64,000 bases of DNA from Mobula hypostoma. Taxonomy: Eukaryota. The number at the start of each line of letters is the position of its first letter. Position 1 is the first letter of the stretch. A program made the position numbers and the translations under genes. Below the pieces are notes generated by a model. That model saw only the letters and a program-made list of their open reading frames with translations, was not told where the DNA came from and did not search any database. The stretch lies in NCBI RefSeq assembly GCF_963921235.1, contig NC_086108.1, forward strand, positions 78,680,001-78,744,000. Direction: 5' to 3'. Shown piece by piece: positions 61,632-64,000 of this stretch.

Positions 61632-62271
61632 CAGACATCACACCTCTCCCAGAAGTTCCAGGAGTCTCCCACATATTGGTAGCAGCTCCCTGATGCCCGG
61701 AAATTATATACAATATCCCAGAAATCAATTTTTTGGAGAGGGAGAGGGAGGGGGGGAGGGGAGGGAGGGAGGGAGGGGGAGAGCGAGAGGGAGCATCCTG
61801 ATTGCTCTCTCTTCGTGCTAAGTAGACCTATCAGTTTTCTCTGTGGGCGGGCTTTACAGTCGACCTCTAAAATAATGACGGTGTTGCTCGCTGCACTGTT
61901 TGCAACAGTGACTTTTTTATTGCCCATGGTGGGTTAAAATGTAAACGACATGGTGAGGTGAGTTTAACAGGTGTCATTCATTCACTAGCATAGCTAACAT
62001 TATTTAAACTAGCTGGCTAGCTGCTAAGGAGCTAATCTATTGATGTCCTACGTGATGAGGCCAGAACTCCCTGTCGACTTGCTTAAAGTTGTAATAGAAT
62101 AAACATGATAATATAAGTACGTATTTTAATGTCACATTTTCTGCATATACCCAACTTGGTTTACAGATTAGACAAAATCACTAAACAAAGTACTACATAC
62201 AACCCTGGAGGTCGACCGGGGGGCGGGGGTGCTACCTCCCTGAAATGAGTTTTTGCAGGGTGGGATGTCTG
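61632..62271. mobile_element. MITE with a 6-bp TSD (copy 2, opposite orientation to 27135-27710)
   Basis: Termini CAGACATCACACC and GGTGGGATGTCTG. Flanks TATTTC (61626-61631) and TACTTC (62272-62277). Internal sequence is shared with copy 1. Confidence 0.85.
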
Positions 62272-63849
62272 TACTTCTGACAATCACTTAATTCTCAGGG
62301 CTTTGTGTGTCTAAACAGTTAGAAAGGTAGCCTTAATTTCTTTAGAAAGGGACGAAGGACAACTTAATTTCAAACACAGGAGAACCCATGAAATGCCACG
62401 ATTGTTACAGGATAAAACCCCACAACAAACAAACTCAGTAAATCAGCAGGTCAAAAGAGAGTGCATCACTCAAGGAAAACTTATTTTATGCAGAGGCATT
62501 GGGGATGGCCACTGAATAGAATTAATAATTATTTCGAAGGATGATTGATTTCTGGATTGGACTGCAACTGACGAAGCAAACAGCCAGTTTGAAAGTGACA
62601 GCTTTAATAGAGATCATAGTCTTTTCTACTTTCTAAATACAAAGTGAATTTGTTGGACTGAATGTCTGCTCCATTTGGTTCCTAGAATTTAATTCCTCTG
62701 ACTATAATGAAAATTAGTATTAGTCTCCAATGAAATGCCGGTATTAGACATCACGGTGACTAAACTAATGCAGTCTTTTATGTCCCATTGCCCAAGGTGA
62801 CTTTCAGCTTCTTTATGTCCTTAATAAATCAAGGCATGACTCTCGGCGAGCAACATGGATCTTACAACATTTAATACTAATGTTACTTTAAGCCAAATGA
62901 AAATTGCATTGTTACAAAATTTGCCATATTATCGTCTTTCCTACATATTAACTACATACAATACTTCTGTCCAATTCAGTTGAAAAGTGGATTACAGTGG
63001 GAGGGGAAAAGAGAGCTGAAAGGAGAAGGTCAGAGACAAGGTTAAATGGTGTGAATGAACAAAATTCAACAGTAATTTTTAAAATGATAAGTTACCGTTA
63101 AAGAAACACATCCACAGAATCAAACAACACCATGCATATTGGTCCACCAGAAAATCACAACGCATGTACTCTAGTTCTCAAAGATGGATGAAGCTATTTG
63201 CCAGCTGTCGAGAGAAAATCCTAGTGCAACTGTTCAATTCAGAGGAGCATTCAATAACAAGTCCCATAATCATTAGCTGAAACCTTTAGCATTGTAGGTC
63301 TGAGAACATCCAAGACAGATTTTAATTCAAATCAGAGATGTCAAAATACTAGGGTACAAATCCTCCAATCACAGATCCAGTACCATCAGATCGTTTATCA
63401 TTGCATTAGTTTTCACCTATTTGCTCTCTATCTTTTCTTCCTCACTCCCGATTTGCCATGCTTTTTAAGATTACAAAACTGCCCAAGGCAATAAAGCACT
63501 AAAGCCAGTTGATTTATTATTTCAATTATTTAGCCATTTTCATTTTTAGCAATCTCCCGCTTCTCATTCACCCACACAGGGCAATGTTTTAATAAAAGAT
63601 GGTGCAACTTCTTTAACTATTTATCCTAACGTTTCTTTCTCTAGTCTTGGTTAATTGATAAATTGAGCACATTTACAAGTAACATGCTCTACCATTACAA
63701 TTTACGAAAACCTACAGAAATATATTCTGGGCATAATTCTACATTCTGCTTTTGCACTTGATGAATAATGATGCACAAACAGCTGAAATGGTATTCAAAA
63801 TCCAAATATTTTATGATTATCTTAATAAATGAAAATCAAGAATTTTCTA

Positions 63850-64000
63850 CTGACAAAATGATGGTGGAACTAGGCAAGTCAGGCAGCAGCTATGGAAGGG
63901 AATAAACAGTTGACGTTTCAGGGTGAGACCCTTCATCAGAAATCTGAGTTCCTCCAGCATTTTGTGTGTGTTGCTCCAGATTTCTAGCATCTGCAGAATC
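63850..64000. mobile_element. Inverted Penelope-like end pair with a hammerhead core on the minus strand, running off the window
   Basis: Minus strand 63912-63939 reads CTGATGA AGGG-TCTCA-CCCT GAAAC GTC. Stem I is broken by the inversion junction. Confidence 0.72.

Noticed and set aside
700..61927. Most remaining 60-170-aa ORFs in the supplied track
   Set aside because: They are antisense or off-frame readings of TEs, microsatellite translations, or have no recognisable motif or splice support.

Overview
Eukaryotic, intron-dominated, repeat-rich genomic DNA. The repeat content (CR1, HE1/V-SINE, Deu-SINE, Rex1-like, Penelope-like) points to a cartilaginous fish, probably a ray; this is an inference. 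Only one host coding feature is supported: a 236-bp internal exon of a beta-1,4-galactosyltransferase, most like B4GALT2, on the minus strand (16405-16640) with canonical splice sites. I found neither neighbouring coding exon, so the rest appears to be intron. It is filled with often nested transposable elements, many delimited to the base by TSDs/TIRs. These are CR1, L1 and Rex1-like LINE fragments, a full-length decayed Gypsy, two solo LTRs, Tigger, Harbinger, Tc1 and hAT derivatives, and several SINEs. Most notable are (i) Penelope-like insertions carrying minimal hammerhead ribozymes, one with an inverted arm ending exactly at the predicted cleavage site; (ii) an ORF1-only 'half-L1'; (iii) a CR1 with a twin-priming-type inversion and 202-bp overlap; (iv) a ~620-bp non-coding retro-family with a fixed 5' end; and (v) a MITE family with 6-bp TSDs. 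These are variants of known element classes. I cannot support a claim of a wholly new biological system. Family names come from motif recognition, not database searches.
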